This document shows positions 54,945 through 64,000 of a stretch of 64,000 bases of DNA, piece by piece; positions within the stretch are counted from its first letter, which is position 1, and every line of letters begins with the position of its first letter. This DNA is from Patescibacteria group bacterium (lineage in GTDB: Bacteria > Patescibacteriota > Saccharimonadia > UBA4664 > SCTI01): assembly GCA_004297735.1 (NCBI GenBank), contig SCTI01000002.1, positions 192,160 through 256,159 of the forward strand, in the 5' to 3' direction. The position numbers and the translations under genes were made by a program. The notes under the pieces are model-generated. The model was not told the origin of the DNA. It worked only from the letters and a program-made list of their open reading frames with translations, and did not search any database.

Positions 54945-55898
54945 TTAGCGAAACTCGGTATCGCGAGCAAACTCCAAATTGTTGCGTGACTGCCCGAGCT
55001 GCCCAATTGCCCCCAGGTTTACCGCGGCACTTAAAGTATTACTGACGCTTAACTGAGTGGCGCCGGCATTGCTGGTTGAAACAATAATTTTATTGGTGGC
55101 ACGAAAGTTTTGAACCGTACCCGGCAACATGGTGCCCTGAAAAACCTGCTTACCATCGGACCTGACGGTCACCGAGGTGGTAGCATCCTTAATCTTGATA
55201 CTAACCGCCACCCCGTCAAAAGTACCGGCCGGTAAATTAGTGGAGGCGTCTGCGGCCGGCACGCGTGCCAAAATGTTACGAGTAATCGTGCTGGTCTTAC
55301 CAAGCTGGTTTTTGGCGGTAACACGAATAACATTAACCCCCTCTTGCAGCGCAATCGGGCTCTCAAAGTTACCTTGAGCGTCACTTAAAATTGGCGTGTC
55401 ATTAATAAAAACATTGGCCCCGCCATCAACCTGGCCCTTAACTGTTAGCAAGCTGCCATATAAAACCTCATCCTTAACCGGCGAGGACAGCTGTAGCTTT
55501 GGTGGCGCGGTTAAAGCACTGAACTGCCAAAAAAAGTAGCCAACCACCATTAGGACTACCAGGGTAATAACGGCCAAGGTGATTTTGCGGGGCGAAATGG
55601 TTGAACCCAAACTAATGCTACCCATTGGATGCCCCAACTGGGGTTGGTGCTGGCCTAGTTCCTCTTGGTATCGTTCAACCAGCGGCTGGCTGTCAATTTC
55701 GAGTAGCTCGGCATAGCTCTGAATAAAGCCTTTGGTGTAGGCCAGATGCGGCAGGGTTTGGTAATCACCTTGTTCTAGCGCGGTCAGGTATTTGCCACGA
55801 ATACGAGTGGCTTGCTCAACCTCGGCTAGCGATAGGCCTTTATCGGTTCGGGCCTGGCGCAGGATCTCGCCGAGCGGCTTAGCCTTCCGACTCGTCAT
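54945..55898 (-). CDS. RodZ-like protein (HTH, TM, Ig-like and C-terminal domains)
   Basis: LGEILRQAR..KGLSL..VE..TRIR.KYL.ALE.G; SNAGA. Confidence 0.8.
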   Translation of the reverse strand: MTSRKAKPLGEILRQARTDKGLSLAEVEQATRIRGKYLTALEQGDYQTLPHLAYTKGFIQSYAELLEIDSQPLVERYQEELGQHQPQLGHPMGSISLGSTISPRKITLAVITLVVLMVVGYFFWQFSALTAPPKLQLSSPVKDEVLYGSLLTVKGQVDGGANVFINDTPILSDAQGNFESPIALQEGVNVIRVTAKNQLGKTSTITRNILARVPAADASTNLPAGTFDGVAVSIKIKDATTSVTVRSDGKQVFQGTMLPGTVQNFRATNKIIVSTSNAGATQLSVSNTLSAAVNLGAIGQLGQSRNNLEFARDTEFR

Positions 55899-58002
55899 CG
55901 TCGGATCCTTCGGTCTCACTTAAGCTAGAGACTAGAACCTGTCGTGGGCGGGCGCCATCGGCGGGGCCAACTATCCCCCGCTCCTCCAACAGGTCAAGCA
56001 AACGGGCGGCGCGAGCGTAACCCACCCGCAAGCGGCGCTGTAGCAACGACGCCGACGCCTTGCCGGTGCGAATAACCGTCTCGGCGGCATCCTGGAATAG
56101 ATCGTCATCGGCATCGCCCAAGTCGCCGGCACCATGGTGGCCACCGCCAACGTTAACCGGCTGGGCCAGCACCTCTTCGTTATAAAGTGGCTGGCGAGCC
56201 TGGCGCAAGTAGTCGGTTACCGGCTTGGTCTCTTTTTCTTCGGTAAATATGCCTTGGATACGACGCGGCTTAGGCGTGTCGGCGCTACTAAACATCATAT
56301 CGCCCCGCCCGAGCAACTTTTCGGCTCCACCGGCATCAAGAATGGTGCGAGAATCAACATTTGAGGCCACACGGAAGGCAATTCGGGCCGGAATGTTGGC
56401 CTTGATCAAACCGGTAATTACGTTAACACTTGGTCGCTGAGTGGCCAGCACCAAATGAATTCCTGCAGCGCGAGCCAACTGGGCCAAACGTACGATTAAA
56501 GCCTCAACCTCGGCTCCAGCCAGCATCATCAGGTCGGCCATCTCATCAATCACGATAACGATATAAGGCATGCTCTCTTCTTGCTTAATCGAGTTGTACT
56601 CAGCGATGTTGCGCTTGCCAACCTCGGCAAAGGTTTTTAAGCGGCGCTCCATCTCGGCCACCGCCCACTTAAGCGCCGAGATAGTTTTTTCTGGCTCAAC
56701 AATAACCGGGGTGAGCAGATGTGGAATGTCATTGTATAGATTCAACTCCACTCGCTTTGGGTCGACCAAGATCAGTTTAAGCTGGGCCGGCGAGTTACGG
56801 TACAGCAAGGTGGTTAACAAGGTGTTAATCATGACCGACTTACCTGCTCCGGTGGCACCAGCGATCAAAAGGTGTGGCATGGTGGCTAAATCGGCCATAG
56901 CGGTGGCACCGGCGACATCCTGGCCCAGGATTATGTTTAGCGGTGAGGTGGTAGATTTATACTCTGGCGTGTCCATTAGCTGGCGCAGACGAACGGTGGC
57001 AATCGATGGGTTGGGCAGCTCAACACCAACCGCACCTTTACCCGGAATTGGTGCCTCAACTCGAATTGCAGGAGCGGCCAAGGCTAGTGCCAGGTTGTGT
57101 TCGAGGCCGGTAATTTTGGTTAGCTTAACACCGCTGGCCGGCTTCATGGTGTATTGAGTAACCGTAGGGCCAACGTTGACCTCGCCCATGGCCACATCCA
57201 CCCCAAAGCTAGCTAGAGTATTTTGAATGATGGCGGCGTTCTCTTTTACGTTACCGGCATCAGGATTAGAAGAGCTTTTGCTAAGCAAGTCGAGCGATGG
57301 TGGAACCCAATCGGGGTCATCAACGCTGGTGAGGGCGACCAATTCCTTAACCTTTTCTTTCTTGGATCCCTTTGAGCCACTACCAACGTTTAAGGCACCC
57401 TTAATCTCTAGGGTCGGGACTCCAGCCGGCTGGTTGATGGTAATTTCCTCTTGTGGCTCCGGACGCTTAAACAAGCTCATAATCTTAGCGATCAGGGCGC
57501 TCAAGCGAGTGTTGGTGGCGATTACTACCGCGATAATTAATAGCGCGGTTAAAACTATGGTTGAGGCGGGTACATTCAGAACCGTCAAAAAGGCCGATGA
57601 TACTCCGAGGCCAACCATGCCTCCCCCGTCACCATCGCTAGCAAAGGTGGGGGCTTGAGCCTGTGGGATGCCAATGTGGAACAAGCCACTTAAAATCACG
57701 ATAAAACCAATGAATCCAAGGTAGTTGTAAAAATGCAGCTCATATTTGGCGGGCTGGAACAGCATAAAGGCCAGCAGTAAAAGTACCGGCGCTAGTAAAA
57801 AGGCGCTGTAACCAATTAGCCACCGTAGACCTTCAAACAGACTGGTGGCAAGTACACCGCCAAAGTTAAAGGTAGCGAACAGTAAAATAATTGCTATCGC
57901 CACCAATAAAATGGCGATAATTTCGCGTGCTACCCCCTCGCTCAGCTGAGGCTTGAGACTGAGGCTTGGTACCGACTTTTTTTTGCTTTTACGTCGCGCC
58001 AT
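55879..58002 (-). CDS. ftsK: DNA translocase FtsK/SpoIIIE
   Basis: PHLLIAGATGAGKS, DPKRVEL, LATQRPS, gamma domain LQRRLRVGYARAAR. Confidence 0.95.
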   Translation of the reverse strand: MARRKSKKKSVPSLSLKPQLSEGVAREIIAILLVAIAIILLFATFNFGGVLATSLFEGLRWLIGYSAFLLAPVLLLLAFMLFQPAKYELHFYNYLGFIGFIVILSGLFHIGIPQAQAPTFASDGDGGGMVGLGVSSAFLTVLNVPASTIVLTALLIIAVVIATNTRLSALIAKIMSLFKRPEPQEEITINQPAGVPTLEIKGALNVGSGSKGSKKEKVKELVALTSVDDPDWVPPSLDLLSKSSSNPDAGNVKENAAIIQNTLASFGVDVAMGEVNVGPTVTQYTMKPASGVKLTKITGLEHNLALALAAPAIRVEAPIPGKGAVGVELPNPSIATVRLRQLMDTPEYKSTTSPLNIILGQDVAGATAMADLATMPHLLIAGATGAGKSVMINTLLTTLLYRNSPAQLKLILVDPKRVELNLYNDIPHLLTPVIVEPEKTISALKWAVAEMERRLKTFAEVGKRNIAEYNSIKQEESMPYIVIVIDEMADLMMLAGAEVEALIVRLAQLARAAGIHLVLATQRPSVNVITGLIKANIPARIAFRVASNVDSRTILDAGGAEKLLGRGDMMFSSADTPKPRRIQGIFTEEKETKPVTDYLRQARQPLYNEEVLAQPVNVGGGHHGAGDLGDADDDLFQDAAETVIRTGKASASLLQRRLRVGYARAARLLDLLEERGIVGPADGARPRQVLVSSLSETEGSDDDESEG

Positions 58003-58065
58003 ACTCCTGATAGTATAGCGCTTACTCCAAGAGTTGTATAGCAATCGCTTTCGTTTTAACCAGGC

Positions 58066-60018
58066 TTATTGCTGGGGTGCACCCGAAGGCTGATTTTTAG
58101 AAGAGCGTGAATCAACCTCGTGTACCACCGGCAGAACCATTGGGCTACGCTTGGTTTTAGCGTAAAGCAGATCGGACACCTCATCGCGCAGCTGGAGCTT
58201 AAAGCGCTGCCAGTCAGCTGGACGGCCCTTATCGCGGCGTTCAAACGACTTGCGAATTTCTTGGCGCATGCGGCCAATTAGCTCCTCGCTCTCCTTCATA
58301 TGAACAAAGCCGCGCGAAATGATATCGGGGCTGCCAAGTAAGCGGCCGCTGCGCTTATCGACCACCGCCACTACCACTACCATGCCGTCGGAACCCAGGG
58401 TCATGCGATCGCGCAAGACCAAGTTTTCGACATCGCCGACACCGGCACCGTCAACAAACACTACGCCCGATGGTACGCGCTCCTTGCACTCAGCCTTATC
58501 GGCGGTTAGTTCTAGTACGTCGCCAATATCAAGAACAAAAATGTTCTCTTTCTTAACGCCATTTTCAATCCCAACCTCGGCGTGGCGAGTTTGCATTGCA
58601 AAGGTACCGTGAATTGGCATCAAGAACTTGGGGCGGATAATCGAGATTAGCTCACCAATATCATCACGGAAGGCGTGACCCGATGTATGCAGCATACCCG
58701 AACCGTCAATCGCCTGCGTGCCAGCCTGGTAAACCTTGGCACCCTCACGCATCAGCTGATCAACCAAATCTCCAACCTGAACGATGTTTCCACCAATTGG
58801 GTTAGAGGTCAGAATCACGGTGTCATTGGACTTAATCTTAACGTGTGGATGGTCACCGGTGGCCATCCGGCTAAGCGCGGCGTTAACCTCACCTTGCGAG
58901 CCGGTACACAAAATAACCATTTTATCGCCTTCTTGCTTTACGCCATCCTGCACCCTGGTAATCATCCCTGGCGGAACCTTGATGTAGCCAAGTTTGACGC
59001 CCAGCTCAACGTTGGCCAGCATGCTTCGCCCAACAAAGGCCAGCTTGCGGCCAGCCTTTTCGGCGGCGTTAATGATTAGCTGAACGCGGTTTACCGAGCT
59101 AGCAAAGGTCGAGATGATAATGCGGCCGTTGGCGCGATCAAAAAGATCATCAAAGGTCGGAGCAATTAAGTGCTCTTCGGGAGTCTGGCCGGCACGAGCG
59201 GCGTTGGTACTATCACCAAGTAGCAGTAATACACCTTCGTCGCCAATCTCGCGCAAGCGATCAATATCCATTGGCGGCCCAATGATTGGATTGGGCTCAA
59301 AGCGCCAGTCTCCGGTATCGATAACCGTACCGACTGGGGTCCGAATTACCACTGCGGTGGCGTCAGGAATTGAGTGTCCGACCCGAACCAGCTCAATGTT
59401 AAAGGCGCCGATCTGGACTCGTTCGTGCTTATCGGGATCCATAATCGTAAAACGAGGCTGGACCTGGAGCTTAAACTCCTCAATCTGCTTTTCGAGCATA
59501 GCAATGGTGAACCGTGAGCCGTAAATTGGGGCCGGTAGCTTGGGTAGTAAATAGCCAGCACCACCGATGTGGTCCATGTGACCGTGGGTAATAATTACAC
59601 CCTTAATCTTGTGCTTATTCTTTTCTAAGTAAGTAATGTCAGGAATTAGGTGGTCAACGCCTGGCTGATTCTCATCGGCAAACTTGGAGCCAACGTCCAA
59701 TACGATGATGTCATCACCATACTCTAACGCGGTCATATTTTTACCGATTTCACCAAGACCACCGAGCGACATAACTCGCAAACGGGTCTGGCTATCAGCC
59801 TGGTTAGCCACACGGGACTTAACCTGGGTGCGCTGCTCGCCCGAAGCACCGTTAAACTGTGATTTGTTAACCGGTATTGCCGGCTGGTTCATCAAGCGGA
59901 CGGCCATGGGGTTGGCCTGCTGCTGTCGCCGACGATTTTTAGCCGAACCATTGCCATTTGGACGACGACGTTGATCGCCGGCCGTCTTGGGTTGCGGCTT
60001 AGATGTTTCTTTATCCAT
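58066..60018 (-). CDS. rnj: ribonuclease J
   Basis: LGGLGEIGKN, THGHMDHIG, HSIPD, HTSGH, P.HG. Confidence 0.93.
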   Translation of the reverse strand: MDKETSKPQPKTAGDQRRRPNGNGSAKNRRRQQQANPMAVRLMNQPAIPVNKSQFNGASGEQRTQVKSRVANQADSQTRLRVMSLGGLGEIGKNMTALEYGDDIIVLDVGSKFADENQPGVDHLIPDITYLEKNKHKIKGVIITHGHMDHIGGAGYLLPKLPAPIYGSRFTIAMLEKQIEEFKLQVQPRFTIMDPDKHERVQIGAFNIELVRVGHSIPDATAVVIRTPVGTVIDTGDWRFEPNPIIGPPMDIDRLREIGDEGVLLLLGDSTNAARAGQTPEEHLIAPTFDDLFDRANGRIIISTFASSVNRVQLIINAAEKAGRKLAFVGRSMLANVELGVKLGYIKVPPGMITRVQDGVKQEGDKMVILCTGSQGEVNAALSRMATGDHPHVKIKSNDTVILTSNPIGGNIVQVGDLVDQLMREGAKVYQAGTQAIDGSGMLHTSGHAFRDDIGELISIIRPKFLMPIHGTFAMQTRHAEVGIENGVKKENIFVLDIGDVLELTADKAECKERVPSGVVFVDGAGVGDVENLVLRDRMTLGSDGMVVVVAVVDKRSGRLLGSPDIISRGFVHMKESEELIGRMRQEIRKSFERRDKGRPADWQRFKLQLRDEVSDLLYAKTKRSPMVLPVVHEVDSRSSKNQPSGAPQQ

Positions 60019-60024
60019 ATTAAT

Positions 60025-60597
60025 TTAAACCTTTTTTAGTAGTTGTGGAATAACGCTAAAATCTTGCAATAACGTCTGTCTCATCCCGCCGTTATAGAGG
60101 GCGGCAGCTGGGTGATAAAGTGGCAGGTAAACCTTGCCATCTTTACGGAACGCTCGGCCGTGGGCCTGGCTTATCCTCAGCTCAGGTAGGAACACGTTCA
60201 TCGAGTGCCTACCTAAGAAGACGATCAATTTGGGCTGAATGATATCCAGTTGCTGCTTGAGATATGGCATAAAGGCCTGGATCTCTTGGGGCAACGGATC
60301 ACGGTTACCGGGAGGGCGGTATTTGACGATGTTGGTAATGTACACCTTACTGCGCTCAAGTTCAATGCTTGCCAACATCTCATCGAGGAACTTGCCGGCA
60401 GCGCCAACAAAGGGGCGACCCAGCTCATCCTCCTTGGCACCGGGTGCCTCGCCAATAAAGACCACCTCGGCATCTAAGCTGCCCTCCCCCATTACCAGCT
60501 GCTTGGCACCAGCCGCTAAATCAGGAGTAACTCCCGACGAAACTATCTCTTCCGCCATGGCGCCGAGTCGCTCAGCTTTGGTCTTAGTTTTGGGCAT
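60025..60597 (-). CDS. uracil-DNA glycosylase, family 4-like
   Basis: GEAPG..ED..G.PFVG.AG, RPPGNR.P, YHPAA. Confidence 0.9.
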   Translation of the reverse strand: MPKTKTKAERLGAMAEEIVSSGVTPDLAAGAKQLVMGEGSLDAEVVFIGEAPGAKEDELGRPFVGAAGKFLDEMLASIELERSKVYITNIVKYRPPGNRDPLPQEIQAFMPYLKQQLDIIQPKLIVFLGRHSMNVFLPELRISQAHGRAFRKDGKVYLPLYHPAAALYNGGMRQTLLQDFSVIPQLLKKV

Positions 60598-62716
60598 GCT
60601 CCTTTACCGCTTTCATACTTAAGTTTAATCGGCCCTGGGTATCAATTTCCATCAATTTAACCTGAACCTCATCACCCTCCTTTAGCACGTCTGAAACCTT
60701 TTCGATGCGCTTATCGGCGATCTGAGAAATGTGAACCAGACCGTCTTTTCCAGGTAGAACTTCGACAAAGGCGCCAAATTCCATGATCTTAACCACCTTG
60801 CCGGTGTAGACCTTGCCAACCTCTGGCTTAGCGGTAATCTGCTCAATCCACTCGATAGCTTTTTTAGCAGCCTCGCCGTCGCTACTGGCAATCATGATTA
60901 AGCCGTCGTCATCAATATCAATCTCTACCCCAGTGGCATCAATAATCTTATTAATGGTTTCGCCGCCCTTACCAATAACCTCGCGGATCTGATCTGGCTC
61001 AATCTTGAGCTTAGAAATACGGGGGGCATGATCGGCTAATTCTGGTCGCGGCTTACTAATGATCTCCATCATCTTACCCATAATGTGAGCCCGCCCCTCT
61101 TTGGCCTGAGCCAAAGCTTGATCCATGATCTTGGCGGTAATACCCTTAACCTTAATGTCCATTTGCAGGGCGGTGATACCATCATCGGTACCGGCCACCT
61201 TAAAGTCCATATGCCCAGCAAAGTCTTCCGCGCCCTGAATGTCGCTTAAGATAACAAACTGATCGCCCTCGCCCTTAACCAGACCCATGGCAATACCGGC
61301 CACCGGCTTACTAATTGGCACTCCGGCATCCATTAGGCTGAGGGTTGAACCGCAAACGCTAGCCATCGAGGTAGAACCGTTCGAAGCCACTGCTTCCGAC
61401 ACGGTACGAATGGTGTACGGGAAGTCCTCAACCGGAGGTATAACCGGTAGCAGGGCGCGTTCAGCTAAGGCTCCATGACCAATCTCGCGGCGACCGGGGC
61501 TGCGCATTGGGCGAGTCTCACCGGTTGAATATGGAGGGAAGTTGTAATGATGCATGTAACGCTTGGTGGTATCTAGCTCCATGGTATCGAGGATCTGAGC
61601 ATAGCTAGTCGAAGCCAGTGTGGTGATGTTAAGAATCTGGGTGCTCCCACGAGTAAACAAGCCCGAACCGTGACTGCGCGGAATCAAGCCAACCTGACCA
61701 GAAATCGGCCGAATCTCGGTTGAAGTACGCCCATCAGGGCGCGCCCCTTCCTCTAAAATGGCGCGGCGAACCTCGTTGTCGATAACTTGCTCAAAAGCCT
61801 GCTCGAGCTCATCGCTATCGTGCTGGCTGTCCTCACCGGCATAGGTGTCCATTAGCTCACGGCGGAGATTCTTAATAGCATCATGTCGCTGGTACTGATC
61901 TTGGTGACGAATTGCGGCACCAAGACGATCTTTAAGGAAATCCTGCACCAAAACCACTACCTCATGGCTGGGCTTGACCAGCTCAAACTCTTTAGCGGTT
62001 ACACCAACCTCTTTAATTAGGCGCTCCTGCAACTCAATCACCGGCTGAATCGCCTGATGAGCCAGCTCAATCGCCTTAACCATGGTAGCTTCGTCAACCT
62101 CATTGGCGCCGGCCTCAACCATCATAATGGCCTCTTTGGTTCCAGCCACTACGAGGTCGAGCTGGCTGTCTTTCATCTGGTCGGCGGCTGGATAAGCTAC
62201 CAGCTCACCGTCAATCAAACCAACTCGTACGCCGGCAACTGGACCCTCAAACGGCGCTCCCGACAGCATTAAAGCGGTCGAAATGGCGGCCATAGCGATA
62301 ACATCGGGAGTGTGAACCAAATCGGCGCTTAAGACCGTGGCAATACCCTGGACATCATTACGGAAACCCTTGGGGAACAGCGGCCGAATTGGACGGTCAA
62401 TCAGACGAGCGGTTAAGGTAGCAGCTTCGCTGGCACGACCCTCTCGCTTAATAAATCGACTACCGGATATCTTACCGGAAGCGTACATGCGCTCTTCGTA
62501 ATCGATCATCAGCGGGAAGAAGTCGATACCAGGACGAGGGCTGTTTGATACCACCGCGGTACCAAGTACCATGGTGTCGCCATAGCGAACGGTCACAGCG
62601 CCATCGGCCAAAAAGGCCATGGTGCCGGTTTCAATACTTAATGTTTTGCCACAAAACTCGGTTTCGAGGCGAACGGTTTTACCACCAAACGGGTGAATAA
62701 TTTTGGTAACTGACAT
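60584..62716 (-). CDS. pnp: polyribonucleotide nucleotidyltransferase
   Basis: RLIDRPIRPLF, RREIGHG, SNGSTSMAS, MDFKVAG, KH and S1 domains; SD AAGGAG. Confidence 0.96.
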   Translation of the reverse strand: MSVTKIIHPFGGKTVRLETEFCGKTLSIETGTMAFLADGAVTVRYGDTMVLGTAVVSNSPRPGIDFFPLMIDYEERMYASGKISGSRFIKREGRASEAATLTARLIDRPIRPLFPKGFRNDVQGIATVLSADLVHTPDVIAMAAISTALMLSGAPFEGPVAGVRVGLIDGELVAYPAADQMKDSQLDLVVAGTKEAIMMVEAGANEVDEATMVKAIELAHQAIQPVIELQERLIKEVGVTAKEFELVKPSHEVVVLVQDFLKDRLGAAIRHQDQYQRHDAIKNLRRELMDTYAGEDSQHDSDELEQAFEQVIDNEVRRAILEEGARPDGRTSTEIRPISGQVGLIPRSHGSGLFTRGSTQILNITTLASTSYAQILDTMELDTTKRYMHHYNFPPYSTGETRPMRSPGRREIGHGALAERALLPVIPPVEDFPYTIRTVSEAVASNGSTSMASVCGSTLSLMDAGVPISKPVAGIAMGLVKGEGDQFVILSDIQGAEDFAGHMDFKVAGTDDGITALQMDIKVKGITAKIMDQALAQAKEGRAHIMGKMMEIISKPRPELADHAPRISKLKIEPDQIREVIGKGGETINKIIDATGVEIDIDDDGLIMIASSDGEAAKKAIEWIEQITAKPEVGKVYTGKVVKIMEFGAFVEVLPGKDGLVHISQIADKRIEKVSDVLKEGDEVQVKLMEIDTQGRLNLSMKAVKEHAQN

Positions 62717-62872
62717 ACTCTCCTTTACGGAAACCATACGTGGTAGGGTTAAGATTCCAATGCCTGATTGGAGTCAAAGCTCTAACACGTAATGCCGTTG
62801 TTAGTTATAGCTGCGCGCTAGTGTGAGCGCAGTTAGGCGCTGCAGTTACTGAAGCACCCGGGTGCGATCAAA

Positions 62873-63139
62873 CTAACGACGAAGGTTGAGTTTTTGGCGC
62901 AGGGCTTCATAGCGCCCAGCGTCGGTACGATGAAGGTAATCAAGCAAACGACGTCGCTTACCTACCATCTTTAAAAGACCTCGGCGAGAGTGTTCATCTT
63001 TTTTATGCACCTGAAGGTGCTTGGTGAGCTCTTGGATTTTTTGAGTAAAAATACTGATCTGAACCTCCGGTGAGCCGGTGTCCTTTTTATGAGTCTGGCT
63101 AGAGCCAATAATCTTCTTTTTTGCTTCGGTCTTTAACAT
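62873..63139 (-). CDS. rpsO: 30S ribosomal protein S15
   Basis: [31 protein letters not shown]. Confidence 0.96.
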   Translation of the reverse strand: MLKTEAKKKIIGSSQTHKKDTGSPEVQISIFTQKIQELTKHLQVHKKDEHSRRGLLKMVGKRRRLLDYLHRTDAGRYEALRQKLNLRR

Positions 63140-63180
63140 AGTGCCTACACTCTAACAGATTAGAGTCGAAAATGCAATGC

Positions 63181-63486
63181 CTAAGCTCCAGATTGATTAT
63201 CTGATCGTTTATTCTCTAGTCGAGCCAAGCGAAAGCCGTGCTCGCTCACCATTTGTTTAACTACGTGTAGATCCTCACGCGTAACCGCAATGTCGGTAAA
63301 AACGGTGTGAAACTTACGATTGGTGGCTGCGGTCAAGTTGTCGACGTCAACCTTAAGCTGGCCAAAACGCTCCTCGATTCGCTGATTGGTCAGCTCGAGG
63401 CGCTTGTGAGTTTCGGCAAAACGAGGCTCGACCACATCTACGACGCTGGTCTTGATTTGTTGGATGTCATTTGCTGTTAGTGCCAT
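63181..63486 (-). CDS. small coiled-coil hypothetical protein, putatively LexA-regulated
   Basis: Heptad pattern; SD AAGGA; operator-bearing promoter upstream. Confidence 0.7.
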   Translation of the reverse strand: MALTANDIQQIKTSVVDVVEPRFAETHKRLELTNQRIEERFGQLKVDVDNLTAATNRKFHTVFTDIAVTREDLHVVKQMVSEHGFRLARLENKRSDNQSGA

Positions 63487-63533
63487 ACGTTGTCCTTGTG
63501 GTTAATTGTATCGTACTGCCCTCACTGTCGTCT

Positions 63534-63562
63534 ATGCTACCGAACAAAAGGTGAACAAACAA
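63534..63562 (-). promoter_or_regulatory. promoter with a GTTC-N7-GTTC operator
   Basis: Minus strand TTGTTT-GTTCACCTTTTGTTCGG-TAGCAT. Confidence 0.78.
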
Positions 63563-63603
63563 GTCTGTTTCTTCTGTTGGAGGGGGTATATAATGAGGTG
63601 ATG

Positions 63604-64000
63604 TTAGGGCGATGGTTTCATTAAATGGGACGAAACAGCGGCCGGATTCACATCATCAAGCTTGATAGCCTGCTCGACGGTGTAATCGCCGATTGACAGC
63701 CGCCGGAGCGCGGTTAGGTATGCTCCTGTTCCTAGTTGTCGGCCAATATCTTCGGCCAGAGTTCGAATATAAGTTCCGCTTGAAACATTGGCACTTACCG
63801 CCAAGTTTGGGTAAGAAAAGTCCAGAATCTGCAAATCATGAATGGTAACCTGCCGTGACGGGATCTCAACCTTCTCGCCACGACGAGCCCTTTTATAAGC
63901 CGCTACGCCCTTGATCTTGATAGCGGAGTAGGCGGGCGGCGTCTGGGTGATCAAGCCGGTATGATGCGAGATTGCCTGGTCCAGCTCTGCAGGCGATGGC
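63604..64000 (-). CDS. truB: tRNA pseudouridine(55) synthase TruB, 5' part outside the window
   Basis: Q.PP.YSAIKI.G..AY..AR.G, SSGTYIRTLA.DIG, LRR. Confidence 0.92.
   Translation of the reverse strand, partial: PSPAELDQAISHHTGLITQTPPAYSAIKIKGVAAYKRARRGEKVEIPSRQVTIHDLQILDFSYPNLAVSANVSSGTYIRTLAEDIGRQLGTGAYLTALRRLSIGDYTVEQAIKLDDVNPAAVSSHLMKPSP

Noticed and set aside
1-64000. CRISPR array, rRNA, IS elements, and the many short overlapping ORFs in the six-frame track
   Set aside because: No regularly spaced repeats, rRNA-like sequence or transposase motifs were seen. The short antisense or alternate-frame ORFs lie inside well-supported genes or tRNAs and lack independent signals.

Overview
Chromosomal segment that best fits a Patescibacteria (CPR) genome, probably Saccharimonadia. 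This is an inference from gene content and order: truB-rpsO-pnp-udg-rnj-ftsK-rodZ-like-recA-recX, rpsF-ssb-rpsR-efp-tlyA, ychF, a complete type IV pilus locus and many near-leaderless genes. The left half holds tandem CdaR/PucR regulators, a four-helix-bundle + DinB operon, nrdR, rplY, envelope glycosylation genes, four tRNAs and three type II toxin-antitoxin pairs. Orphan genes are scattered through it. Main signals seen by eye: (1) a GTTC-N7-GTTC direct-repeat operator (LexA-type) in the -35/-10 spacer of recA, of the four-helix-bundle/dinB operon and of an unknown coiled-coil gene, plus a degenerate copy ahead of an AlkB-like/folE operon that has a leader-peptide attenuator; (2) self-contained orphan 'expression cassettes' with related AT-rich promoters and Shine-Dalgarno leaders, three of them ending in a shared hairpin (GGAAA..CCCTGCYGTWWGGGG), and the first encoding a sigma region 4/alpha-CTD fusion; (3) an AGCRTAASCR motif in the pilus promoters; (4) minor pilins carrying DUF5648-like repeat domains. 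No CRISPR array, rRNA, IS element, prophage or reverse transcriptase was seen. All family calls come from recognising motifs, not from database searches.
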